Origin: Raillietiella orientalis
Taxonomy: Eukaryota
NCBI GenBank assembly: GCA_036172245.1
Contig: JAYWIR010000061.1
Coordinates: 186,001-250,000, forward strand
Direction: 5' to 3'
Length of the DNA: 64,000 nucleotides
Position 1 is the first letter of the stretch. Each line of letters starts with the position of its first letter. Made by a program: the position numbers and the translations under genes. The notes under the pieces are model-generated. The model worked only from the letters and a program-made list of their open reading frames with translations. It was not told the origin of the DNA and did not search any database. Shown one piece after another: positions 11,301-23,600 of the stretch.

Positions 11301-13029
11301 GCTCAATGTGGCTCCCCTTCCCTGCTTCTTCTTCCCTGTCTCTCCCCTAGTACCCTTCTTGAGAAATCATCCATGGTTTATCCCTCAAACCACCATAACG
11401 GAGTCAAAGGTTTTCCGAGAGGATGCTGAATTGAAGGGAGACTGGAAAAGATAACGCGTCCCTTCCAAGGGAGGAACATTCTTGCAGCTCTGCTCGGATT
11501 ACTGCTCTACTGAAAAACCATTTTCAGAAGAGGATCTCTCGAAGCCAGGAAGAGAAAATGAGACTTCCCTATCTTTTCCGCTTTCCCTTCTTTCTTACCT
11601 TTCACGCAGCGTCCCCACGGTCGGTTTGCAAGAAGGTCCACAACCTTTGGACGTCAACACTCTCTTTTCTGATTGTGTCTGCATGCTCTTTACGCTGCTG
11701 TGGCTGGTCAGCTCCGATGAGCGCAAGTAGCTGTTTTGGAGAAAAAAGGATTCTGAAAGGTCTTGGACACACTCCGTGGTTTTCCAAGCTAAGACATAGC
11801 AAGAAAGACTATACCAAAAGCACCGATGTCAAAGAGGATGCTGACTCCCTGCAAAAATGAAGACCTCTACCGGTCGTTTAGCTTCAGCTCAGGTCACAGC
11901 AACCTCTTCCCACGCTACTGCGCTTTCTTTGTGGAAGAGAGAGGTAGAATTTCTCGCTCCATCAGTGATGCTGTCCTTGCCTTGAAGAAACAAAGCGAGG
12001 CAATGAGCGTAACTTCCTTCGAAGTTGCTGCAAAGGCAGCCAGAAATTCCAGCCACCCGTTCTCGAGTCGACCGATGTCTGCAGCAACTAGTAGAACACG
12101 AAGAAACTGGGAAGCATACACAAAGGTTTAACTCCTATATTTTCTGAAGCTTCCTCCCCATAAGAAATGCGGTTCTATCTGAACGTTTCTCGAAATTTCA
12201 TCCCTTAGCTGCGTGGTACAGTTCTCTCTTGGAACCCATCCTCAACTTCTTGTCAGGAGATTTTTCACCCATTGACAATGGTTTGCTGCTTCTCATAAGC
12301 ACTGGCCATTTTCTGAGTCTTTGATACCAAACATGCATGAAACTCCCAGAGGAAGCACTTCACGAAAGAATAGGTATCAGCCTTCATCCGGCATGTACCA
12401 CACCAACACTGGGCAAGAAATGCACTTCGCGGCATATGAAAGTTTCTCGTGTAGTATCCACTAGTTTGTAGTAACTTCGGTCTTTTCAAACATGAATTTC
12501 AAGAAGATGCAAATAATAAGCTTCAGTAATTCAAAAAATGCACAACACAAAGGCCACTACTGACCGAAGACAAGGACAGGACGTCGTAAAGGATAGAAGC
12601 AAGTCTCGGAACACAGGAGAGAAAGGAGAGAAAGAAATTCAGGGTCAACGAAAAGTTTACAGTAGCGCAGCAGCCAACTAATTTTTTTCACTCGGCATGG
12701 AAAGGAGACCATATCTAAAAACCAGTCTGCATTTTCTTGGAAATAAAGCACACGCTTCAGAATCAGAACACAGGCCTAGAAAGAGACAGAGATTTCGCCT
12801 CATTCTCCAGCAGTGTTTTTTCCCTGTGACCCTTAAGACATTTTACTCCAAAACGGTGAATGTGAAATATCTTAAGGAACACAGGCTCCTTCCCGCTTGG
12901 CGAATTTCAGGGCTGCTTCCCGTTGTGGTTACAGGAATTCATAACTGCTCTCTCTGTGTTCCAGCCATGGGATAGACTCCTTTTCCCCATCAGGCTTACC
13001 TGATGGGGAAAAGGAGCTCTTCGTTCCAT
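8387..13029 (-). pseudogene. Probable decayed (or incompletely parsed) multi-exon gene of unknown family
   Basis: Minus-strand consensus donors (GTAAGC 12999, GTCAGT 12564, GTAAGA 11598, GTAAGC 9827) and pyrimidine-rich acceptors flank protein-like frames (13029-13000 MERRAPFPHQ in phase with 12775-12565 ACVLILKRVLYFQENADWFLDMV...; 8501-8387 VRCKQPYRDEEDLEWYGECHVSLEKLVLDLMERIDEIQ). Other segments carry in-frame TGA/TAG. No domain recognised. Confidence 0.35.
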
Positions 13030-13395
13030 TCAAGGTTAACGTGACCTCGGAGAACAAAATGCTTGAATTGTCCACGATGTGCTGGCGGCACAAGTAAATC
13101 GGCCACAAAGATGCAATGATAACGCGGTATGTTGAAAATAACTGGCTTTCTTAAAGATGCTTCTGCACTTCTTGCAAATAAGTTCGAGAATAAACGAAAG
13201 AAAATTAAAATTATCGTGTCAAGATATGTATAATGGGAATCATTTCCTTAAAACTGTGGTTCAAGGTCTTCACCTACAGGAATGGAAGCTTCAAAATTTC
13301 AATCAATGAACATTATCTATGGAACCGCTTTACCACCTTCAATAAGAGGCAATCTTTTATGCCGTTCTCTGTGCATAAACGACATTCTTAAGCAC

Positions 13396-13423
13396 TTTTT
13401 TTTTTTTTTTTTTTTTTTTTTTT
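13396..13423. repeat. Poly(T) run, ~28 nt
   Basis: Directly visible. Confidence 0.9.
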
Positions 13424-14733
13424 CGATTTAAGAATCAAACATGTATTTGGAACTGAAGCATTTCGTAATCATCCCTTGCTGTTTGTTTAATGTGTAACAC
13501 TGCATCTGAAAATCATTATCAGTTCCAATATAGGTGATATATGGATGCTCAACATGAATTGCAAAATAACCATCCATGTTTCTTATGTTTCTTAGCAGAA
13601 ACAGAAACTTCACAGAGAAACAGACACATGGGTAATCATCGCAGATTTTCCAATCCCACCTCGCAGTTTAGCTGCACGAGACTAAATAAAAGTATCTGCT
13701 TGAGTATGACGAGATCTCAGCTGAGATGCTGTGCTTCACTTACTTCCAAATTTCGGGTTTTGCTGCCATGAAAGCACCACATTCACCAGCCAATTATGAT
13801 CACCTGGAGTTTCAGGTAACTAACAGGAAGTCATGCAACCTCACAATCCCAGCTTTTGCAAATGTGGTGGCCACTTGGAAGTCTTTTGCACGACTTTTAT
13901 TAGGTTCCTATTACCACTTGCACTGATTATTCAATAAACACTTATTTAGTAGCCTTTAAAAAAATTGGCGTTATATATTTGTGTTTCCACAGTTCTGTCT
14001 TTCTTAAGCTTCTTCTCCTAATTCAAAACACTGAATGGAAAAACCTTGCTGTTTCAAATAACTTAGGAGAAAATCTTTTTTCCTTTCTAAAATTTGAAAT
14101 TAACATTCCTTGCAAACCTAGATCACCAGATATACAAAGTTTTCAAAATCTAAATACAGTACAGATTTGATCAAGGGGAAAATAGTTAACAATATGCTTT
14201 TCTCAGCTGAGAAATTTATTTTGAGAAGAGTTAAGTAGCTCTCTTTCAACAGGGACAATAAATAGGTTTCAACAGAAACGATATCTTGCATAACTGTTCA
14301 CATTAGCTAATAACATGAATTTGGATTCTGAAAATGAGACCATGTAATCAAGAGGATAGTTAATTAAATGCCACCATCAATGTAAAAAACAATTTTTATT
14401 TTTGATTATCTCTGATTTTATTTTTATTTTTTCAATATACATGAAGCTTCCTAATCTTACATGTTTCTGTTTCCAACAGTAATCTTACATGTACTTCCAG
14501 CAGAAAAATTCTACTTATGGAAATGAATGATTGACATAATTTGTCATTCCAAATGAACCATTCAAGGGATTCACTTTGAATGAGAAAAGAACAATTGAAG
14601 AATCCATCTAATGAGATTGTACAATGAATGTTTAAAAATGAAAATAAATTTACCCCACCCCTTGTGGGACTTGGGGAAAATCGACGAATCCAAGCAATTT
14701 AATGAATGGCTGAACTAATCCTTAACTATTTTT

Positions 14734-16075
14734 TCAAAGAATAGGGAGTGCATCTGGGATGAGATACTGAGCTAGTTCCAATGAATCACTAACAAATCGT
14801 ATTTTAGCTAATGTGGCTTCTCTTAAAAATCCTTTAACAACAGTCCAGAAACCCCAAAATATTGTAGGAGCATTGAGCACTAAGCAGACCCCTAGACGCT
14901 CTGGATAATGATGGCTGAGCAGCCAGATAACAGTCTTTAAAAGAGGGAGATCAAGACAAGTCAAGGTCAGACCACTGAGATCAAACACTAGACAGATATT
15001 ATCCACCACCTCTTCAAAACAACGGTTACAAGCCTGCTCCAAACAAAAAACCACAAAACGTGTCATGGCATTCAAATCTCGATTCACTAATGTATGATAA
15101 CGTGCTACAACAAGCAAAATGGGTCGACCTTTCAAATCACGGTGAGCCAACACATTAGCAACTTTGGTATTTAACACCTTCTGAATATCTTCATCATCAT
15201 AATGAAGCTCAGCTACCCTAAATTCTCGACGCCATTTGTTGGTTTTTAAAATGGCCTAAAAAAAAGAATAGATTATCTTCAACTTACATCCATACGTACC
15301 TGGAATGCCAAGTCTACTTTTTGGAATGCCTTTAAATATCTCCTGAGGGAATATTCATTATGATATTGGCTAGAATCAACTTTCCAGATGACCTACATAA
15401 AAATTACATTAGCATATGCTGATACTGAGAAACTTGTGTATTTTTTTTTATTTTTCCTCCTGCATAGATTGCAGGAATGAATTTGCTTTTTGCAAACACT
15501 TTATCTACTTGGAGTTCTATTTTTATAAGAAAAAGAAGCTGCCATAATATACAACGGCGCAGCATAATGGCACAATACATACATAAACTGAGGTCGAATA
15601 ATTATCATGAGTTATGCACAATGGATTTTTCTTCTCTGAATAAGCAGATTCCAGAGATTTCTGTGAATAAGATTCACAAAGATTAACATAATCACATAAT
15701 TCTACATACAATTCACATTCCATAAATGAAATGACAATATGATGCGCCAAAGTTTCAGTTTATGAAATGCAAATCATTTGACAACTCGTACAAACTCGTT
15801 CGTTACGAATTGGCGGATTGTTTTGGGTGATAAACAGGATTTCTAAAGTAAAAAACCTACAGGAAATGGCCAAATACACCTTATAAGTCTCCCCCAAAGC
15901 TTAGAAGAGTCAATGTACCGACTGATTGGAACATGCAAAATTAAGTATACATAATTTAGTAATGATTTACCTCTAGCTTGCTTCGTAATTCTTCCACATC
16001 CTGCCGCCTTTCTTCAGTTTCCGAATTCGCACTAACCTTTGATTTGTCTCCCACATCTTTTACAACCGTGTCCAT
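14734..16075 (-). CDS. CRAL-TRIO (Sec14-like) lipid-binding protein, 239 aa; exons 16075-15971, 15392-15300, 15255-14734
   Basis: ATG 16075, two phase-0 GT-AG introns, stop at 14734. CRAL_TRIO_N-like LRRYLKAF...AILKTNKWRREF, then HRDLKGRPIL, LVFDLSGL, HHYPERLGVCLVLNAPTIFWGFWTVVKGFL, KIRFV. Confidence 0.95.
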
Positions 16076-17948
16076 TAATTCGTCAAAACGAAAAATTCCA
16101 GACAACTAAAATGCGGCTTCTGCTTCTAAAATAAATTACTAAAGTACATTTCAAAATTTCTCATTACTCTTCCACAACTTCAAGGTGTTCCAATCTAACA
16201 GGGTTATGCAGGGTATGCTAGTAATTATCACAGCCGGTCGAAATTCCACTTTTCGACGGGGGGGGGGGGGAGCCGATACTCCAATTTGATTGATCAGTAA
16301 TTTTTACTCTCTGAGAAAATTCATATTTTTTCAAAAATACGTGTCATCATCATCCTCGACCCATCTACGACGAAACACTGTGGTCTCATCACCCGTTAGC
16401 TCCAAATAATGTTATTATACTTTCCACATATATCTCACGGAAAGTTAAAAACAGCAGTGCCACCCCTTGAAGTCAAAGTGAAACATTAATTTCAAGTTTG
16501 TGAAAGGAGTCAATTTACTACAAGAAATTCAGTCTCATGGCATTCGAAAAAATGAGGTCAAGACTGAAAAATAAATAATTAAAGCGCTCGCTAATCTCAT
16601 TATACTCTGTGACCTTGTGATTTATTCGAACACGGTAAAATGTGAAAAGTTTTTCCCCAAAACAAATGAGATTAATTTTTGAATACCAGTCCTATTCAAC
16701 ACTTAACCTTGGTTCCAGAGGTTCGTGAACTTTCAAACGCTGCATCTCGAAAATTAGCATACCAAAATTTTTTGCAAAAGTGTGCACTACGCTGGAGAAA
16801 TGACTTTGAAGAATAAAAATTCCGTTATCGTTTTATTTTTCAGAAGGAATTCACGGTGCGTCCTTTGCTCTCCTTTGTGTTTGTCTAGCAAGCTATTCGT
16901 AAAAGAATCAATCTGGAACCTGGAACAGAGTTTACTTTTTGCGTCAATTCTGCAAAGTCCTTTCTGTGTTCTTGTGATCTTCATTTAAATGGAACTTTCA
17001 GAGGTCTTCTAAATGAATACTTTGGAATTCAGTGTCAATTAAAACCAGCACAATGGAAAGGATAAAAGCACATACGTGAAAACATGAAAGTACTCCTAGC
17101 TGGCATTTTAGTTTTCAAAGATAGCAGAAGTGGTGGGGAAATTTGTCAAAAATATGAATCTGTCGTTTGTATCTTCCATGTAACTACTAGTACTGTTTTT
17201 AAAATTCTGAATACACTGCATATATTATGTAATTATTGGATACATTGTATAATAGAGTACGAATCTGACAAATGATGAAAGAATGGCGTGTGAAAGAACT
17301 CTTTTTTAACACATAACTGATAATTCTCAAAAGCTAATTTGGTAGCTGTATACAATGCTAGAAAATCTCTATCTTGAAAACATACTCATATGTAACATCA
17401 CAAATCACAAATAGTTCACAAATGCAGAAAGTTTATGCTATTATGATATTCATCACAAATACCATAGCAACAACGGGAACTTTCTGGAGTTATGATATTT
17501 AGTTTTTTCTTAAGTCACTCTTTTTTTGTATGTGTCAAAACTGAATATACGGGCTTATAAATAGTAACAATAATAGCATAGAAGGGAAGAAACGTTATCC
17601 ATTTATTATTATTGTTACATGTGTCATTTCATTATTATTTTTCCATTCATCATAATCATGTGTATTTTGAAACGCTAGGTTCGAACTTCTTTCGCATTTC
17701 AAACAGCTAAAGAAAATGACAACATGAACTATCCATCACTTTTACAAGTTCGAGTACAAGTTCGAAAGAAACACCCCGTGAGAACTTTACTTGACATGCT
17801 TAAAATGACTGGGCATTTAGAAAGAACATCAATAAAACTCTCTTTATAAGCAATTGAATATTGATACTGGAAAAAAAAGAAAGAAAAAAAAGCTCCCCTC
17901 TACATAAATTTCTAATAGATGGCATTTCCCTTTCAGTTGAAATGATTA

Positions 17949-20056
17949 ATGATGGAGGTCTCCATTCACAGTGTCAAGCTTTCGCGGCAATGCCATTCTC
18001 CTACAACGTGCTTCGAACAAAAAAGATTGAATCAAAAGCCAGATTTGATATCTACTAAACTGTTTTGTTTTGCTTCCAGATTGATTCAAGCAGAAGGAAA
18101 TGATAAAAAAGGTAACATGTTGAGGTTACCCCAGTGATGCTACAAAGAGCTGTTTTCATAGAGCCAGCAAAGCAAATCCTGCACAGCTGAATGAAGGATA
18201 TTGGAACCAGAAGCAGCTTTGACGTGAATTCCTCCATGTTCCCGTTCTTGAACGCAAGGTTACGAGATAGCAATTTTCTTGGCACAGCATTGTGGAACAG
18301 CATCTTTCGAAGTGGCAAAATACACCTTGACGAGAGGAAGGACAAGTGCATCAAGTAAACGTATAAGAAAAAGGAGATGAAGAGGAAACAGCAATTTAGG
18401 GCTAGTGAGTTGCTTCACAACTGAATGGGAGTCTCGAATAAAGAAAGCAGTGTGTGCAGGATCCATGAGGTTTCATGAGAACTCTTGAGGAGGGCTCTTG
18501 AAAGCTGTAAAATAAATAATTAAAGCACAAGAATACTTCAACCTTTAGTCGAGCTTAATGAAGCACGAGACTGATTTTGTCTGTACCTGTGATGTACTCT
18601 GGAAGCGAAACTCAGATAAGAACGTAAAGCAAATATCTCGAAATGACTACGGTGCCAATGGGCGGCAGAAACGGAAAAAACACCCACTATCAGAACTGTT
18701 GTTTGTTTTTCCTCAGAACAAAGACTCAGGTCTTCTGATAGTTTCGTCTACTCCGTCGATGGGTGTCTAAACCGCACTAGCTGCAGTTCACAGCAAAGTA
18801 ACCGTGGACGTGTTTACTCAGTACCGGTGAGAATAGATGCCGCGACGCCGGCAGGATTGCTGAGAGTCGCAAAAGCAGCGCGGATTTCAACGTTACTAGT
18901 GGGAGTCTCTCCCGGTGACATGGCTCCTGGTTTGCTTGTTCACCAGGAATCTCGCCCGAAAACGGTTAGCACGACGCACCGATGGATTCTGATAGAGAGG
19001 TGCAGAGCAGATGCCCAGGGTGAATACCACGAGACTCTTCTCTATTGTTCTCCGAGGCAGCATCATGGGGATTTTTTCGGAAAACATTACTGAGATCAGC
19101 TAGCCGATCTTCTGCGCGTTTTTATCACCTTAGCGATGACAAGAAGTCTCCCTCCGCTGAAGGGTATCACGATTAAGTCACTGAAACTAATCGAAACTCA
19201 TCACAAAAAATGATCTGCTGTCAAATGGTATGCTGAGCTGGGAAACCGATAGACAGCTGTATCCTCAGCATAGATGCGCGAATTGGGCCCAGATCAGAAG
19301 GCTAAATTTACACCGCTGCTGGGATCCCTTATGTCTTGTGACAAAGAGGAGATGGAAGTATGAAACGAATTTCCTTCCAGGTGCGTCCAAGAGAATTTCG
19401 TCTTCGGTCCTGTCCTCGATGGTTCTACCGCCGCGAACCGGTCGAGCCGTCCCCAGAGTATTGGGGCTTTCGCCACGAGCAACTCTCACTGTTTCCGAAT
19501 GGCGGAAGCAGAAACCTCCACGGCTGCGAGGGCTGCAAACGCTCGCAGCTGTCTTCCCGCGCGGCTGCGGGGTCGACCCAACATCGTGGAGCATCGGGTC
19601 ACCTTCCAGGAATCTCCCATCGCTCGATGCCGCACCCAACTTTACGCAAACACCCCTACTCGCCTGGACGGCAGTCGACGAACCTATGCCCCTCCCAGGT
19701 AGCCAAGAGCCGGACTTTCCAGCAGCTTGCCAAACAGGGGAGGCTCCACTCGGGAAGCTGGCCACCAACGCAACACTTCGCGCCTGGGATGAGGGAGCCG
19801 ACCTCTCGTCGTCCCCTTGCTCCCCCCTGAACAGGATCTCTCCCATGGCGTTCAATCAGCCCTGTTGACCTGACCTGAGCTCGGAAACCCGCTCGGCTTC
19901 TGGAATTCGGAAGCGCGGAGAGCGAACCTCTATCGGGCTGCAATGGCAGTTTGCCCGCTCGGGTGGTGAGTCAGTCGGAGCACTTTCAGAAGAGGAGCTC
20001 AGTTTCCTTTTCACAGGTGGAGGAGTCATCGACGCTCAGCAGCAGCCATCACGTGA
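17949..20056 (+). CDS. Candidate spliced gene of unknown function, divergent from CRAL-TRIO (exons ~17949/18080-18111, 18717-18826, 18947-19019, 19061-19163, 19381-19698, 20017-20056)
   Basis: Chain of pyrimidine-tract/AG acceptors and GT donors with compatible phases (1,0,1,2,2) giving a stop-free frame of >200 codons. No recognisable domain. Confidence 0.35.
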
Positions 20057-20640
20057 TCTTAGCGGCGAGGGGAAAGGCGCGAACACGGGCAACCCCCATC
20101 CGCCTTCTCGATCTATGCTCTTGCGAAGCGTGAGGGACAGTTCCGGGAAGTTTCCTTGGAAACTATTCCCCTTCCTCCCCCAACTCACAATAGGGAAGAG
20201 GGAGTGCAGATTCGGGAGAGCCCTCGCACGATGAGGAGGCGCCACAACTCCACGTGCGTCTTACAGGAGAGCGAGGAGAAACGCCTTCAAGCCACGCAGT
20301 CTCGCGGAATGTCTCTTCGGGGAATGCGGGGGCGCGCTGGTCAACTTGACCTTGTTCGGCGCAGGGCCACTCCTACACTCCTCGAGTTTGGCATTTCGAG
20401 AAGAATCTGCCGTTGGCTCCAGGATGGGAAAGATGGATGACACGGGGCCATCTTCTGTAGAGGCACCTTTCCTCCCTTGGCCATCCCCCTTGTTCGAAAG
20501 CAAAGATAAAGGACGCAGACTCGAGGTCGGGAGACCTCGCTCGAAATGAGGGTCTATGACGCTACGGAATACATCCAGTGGCGTGCCGCTCGCGGATCGG
20601 ATCGCGAGCACATCTCCAGTGGGAAAACCGCTAGCGAATC

Positions 20641-20662
20641 AGAGAGAGAGAGAGAGAGAGAG
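20641..20662. repeat. (AG)n microsatellite
   Basis: Directly visible. Confidence 0.9.
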
Positions 20663-23600
20663 CGATGGGGGGGGGATCCTTATAAGATGTTTTTTTCTTT
20701 TCTTTTTGTTTTTAAGGAAATCTGAAGCACAGCGGAGGGGGGATGGAGGCTCAAGCGCGTGCTGTAGCCTTCCGACGGCCGCTGCTCTCCCTCAGACAGA
20801 CAGAGAGGCAGCCTCCCTTCGGCGGCTCGTTTTCGCTGCAAGGAGGGTCAGAGCAGGGGAGGGGGGGGGGGACAAGAAAGGGCAGGGGGAATCTCTGATC
20901 CCTGGAGTGCTACCATTTCACCATCGAGGGGAGACCTCCCCGTGTCCTTGTGGAGCTTTGGCCACCCAAGTTTTCACGCTCCTCTGCCTCTTTACACGGA
21001 GATTCCGAAAGCCGCGCGTCTGTGGCTGCCTCCGGGTGCGACAACTCCCTGACGGCAAGAGGGGGGGCAGCCTCTTCGAGTGCCTTCTCACAGTCAGGAA
21101 GTTTTTTCCCGCATTCTCTAGTATGACGCGCCAAGCACAGATGGCAGTGCTCTATACCTATTGGGCGCTCTGCTCTCCACTTCAAGGTCGCTTCGAAACC
21201 GAGTGCCCGCACCCCGTACACCCGCTTTTCCTTCCTTCCCCTGGCACCGGAGGCAAAGCGGGGAGCACGCTCGTCTCGAAGCAAGAGAAGAAAGGGGAAA
21301 AGGAAGAACTCCCGATCTCCCCCGAATTCGGGACGCTCCTCAGTTAGTACATCGCAGGTCCAGAGTACGAGAGTGGGGTGGAGGGTGAAGGAGGGAGAAT
21401 CCCCTCCCCAGTCCGGGAAGGACAGACAGAACCGGAAGAGCCAGGGGACGGGTTCGTCCCGGCTCCTTCGGCCTTCGCAGTTCCTGTCTAGGAGCAGCCT
21501 CGCGGAAGGGGAACCAGTATAGGCGTCGGGAGGACGATCACAATCCCGAGAGCTGGGGACACGCGAGCACCGCCAGAGTCCCGCAGCCGCGAGTGAAATC
21601 CATGCCAGTCGGCCATTTCTCCGCGCAGGAGGTCGAGAGGGAAGCGGTGAAGCTAATACGGGGGGGACAGAGAACGACGCGACATTCCTTCGCCGTACCC
21701 CCTCGCCTGCACCAGCCGAGGAGGCTGGTCAGACGCGACGCGACGAGACTTCCCCTCCGCCTGCCCCCTTTCCTCCTCCAGACAGCTCTTTCCTTAGCGA
21801 CTGGACCTGGAAGGGAATGCCGGGAGGGGGTCGAAGGTCGACGGGTCAGGAAGGGAGCGCTGCTCCTTGCCCGGCAGGCACGGACGCGACCCGAGGAGAA
21901 AAGAGGTGAGCAGGGAAAGTGATCCGGGTCGAGGGAAGCCGGCGAGGTTCCATGGGGAAGAAACGCTCCTTTTCGCTCCCGGGTCCTCGATCGTTCCCGG
22001 ACAGTAGGTGGGGAAAAAGGGGACGAGGGGGCGGACTTCTCGCCGGAGAGCAGTGGGACGCCGGGAAGAGAGAGGTCCTGACCTGAAAGGAGCGCGAAGG
22101 GAGGCCTCGAAGAAGCAAAAGGTCGCCATGTTCGCCGGGAGGCTCAGAGGCGGTGGCTCCCGGGAACCGGGAAGAGTAGAACAAAAAACAGGAAGAGCAC
22201 CCGCATCCTTCCCGGCGACGCGAGGTGTGGGGGAGATGGACGGAGATCTGCCGTGTCCGTTGGGAGGGTTTCCCTGGAAACGGCGTCAGCGTGGTGTCAC
22301 ATCCACAGGAGCCGATGACGCTTCCGGGTCTTCTCTCTTTCCCCCCTTCGGCCATGGCGACGCCTCGAAGACAGTGTCTCATGGGACGAGGGGGGAAAGA
22401 GGGGATCCATTCCGGAAGCGCTGCAGGAAGGAGAGGAAGCGGCGGCCCCGGGCAAAAAGGGAATGCTCGCAACACCACCTCGAGGTCGCGCTGCCCTTCA
22501 CCGCCATCTCCAAGGGCGCATTTCCTGCTGCCGCAGGCAGCATCGACCTCAACGAAGGTGAAGAGCACCCTGCGGCCAGTCTTCCGTCAGGCGAACAGCC
22601 GGCGCGCACCGCTCCGCTGCTTCTCATCGTCTGGGAGCCGCAAGGAGGAGAGGGGATGCATGACCTTATTTCCCTCTCGCTCCCCTTTCCCCCATCCCCG
22701 CACCCCTAGGGTAGGGTGGTGGAGAGGGTGCTGCCGTAAACGCAATGCTGGGGAGAGCGAAGGGGGGAGGGGGGGAAGGGGAACGGCGCCCCCGTGGGCC
22801 AGCAGATGGAGCAAGACAGCAGGAAGGTCCCCCACGTGCGAGCTCTTCATTTCTGCCCTCCAGAGCGAGGCCTTGCCTTCTGGCACCCTTGTCGCGCGCT
22901 CGTTTCTCCGCGGGCGGATCCGCCTCTCCCGTTCATCCCGGAGTCTTCTTCCCCCCTTCGGCCCCATCCCGGACTCTACAGGCCTCCTCTGAACCCGGGC
23001 GTCAGAACCGCCGGGTTCCGCGCGCCAGCAGAAGAATAAGCCCCCTCCTGCCCCCTTGTCCGCGAACTGCCGGTCGATCCCAGTCCAGGAACGCTGCCTG
23101 CCGGACCCGAACACCGCACCGGAGCCCCGAAAGCGCCGTTGATCGGCCGGCGCACTCCAAGTCTCCCAGGATACGACGGCGGGGCGCGTCGCGCGCGCGG
23201 TCGCCAACACTCACCGGTGGCACGGGGTCCGCGCGTGTCCGAGTGGCGCTGCGTGTCCCTCCCTCCGTTCGCTCCTTCCGTCCGAACGCCGCCGAAAACC
23301 TCCAACCTCCGACGGACCAGCCTGGAGGACTCGGCGCCCGCCGTCAGCGCGCGCGAGCCCCTCCCTCGTAGTGAGCGGTGTCGACAGGGGAGACCCGTCT
23401 TCTCGAGCCACACGGCGGAGACAGAGCCTCGCATGGGCGGACGGAGGAGGAAGGGAGATTCGCGGGAGAGAAAGACTCTCCTTTTCGCCGGCAGGTTGCT
23501 AAGGAACGGCCTCCCACCGTTCGTCCTCCCCTCTCGTTCTCCACTGTGCTGACCTCGCACGCGAGCCTTAAGAGTGATGAGGAGAGTGGGCAGCTACCGA

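Noticed and set aside
11300..12400. Selenocysteine or reassigned TGA explaining in-frame stops
   Set aside because: TAG/TAA interruptions also occur, CRAL-TRIO ends in TGA, no SECIS recognised.
13385..13435. Poly(A) tail of a retroelement (minus strand)
   Set aside because: No element body or direct TSD recognised; only a short ATTCTTAA/TTAAGAAT inverted flank.
13630..13670. P-loop-like LRGGIGKS on minus strand
   Set aside because: Lacks the first Gly of GxxxxGKS, stop follows within 10 codons, no Walker B.
13714..14214. Two TCTCAGCTGAGA palindromes (13714-13727, 14199-14214) as regulatory sites or element ends
   Set aside because: Short, E-box-centred, no supporting structure.
23089..23436. 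Further inverted copies of 30.5-30.9 kb (14-nt matches AACGCTGCCTGCCG and AGAGCCTCGCATGG)
   Set aside because: Isolated matches, not co-linear for a simple inversion, flanks do not align.
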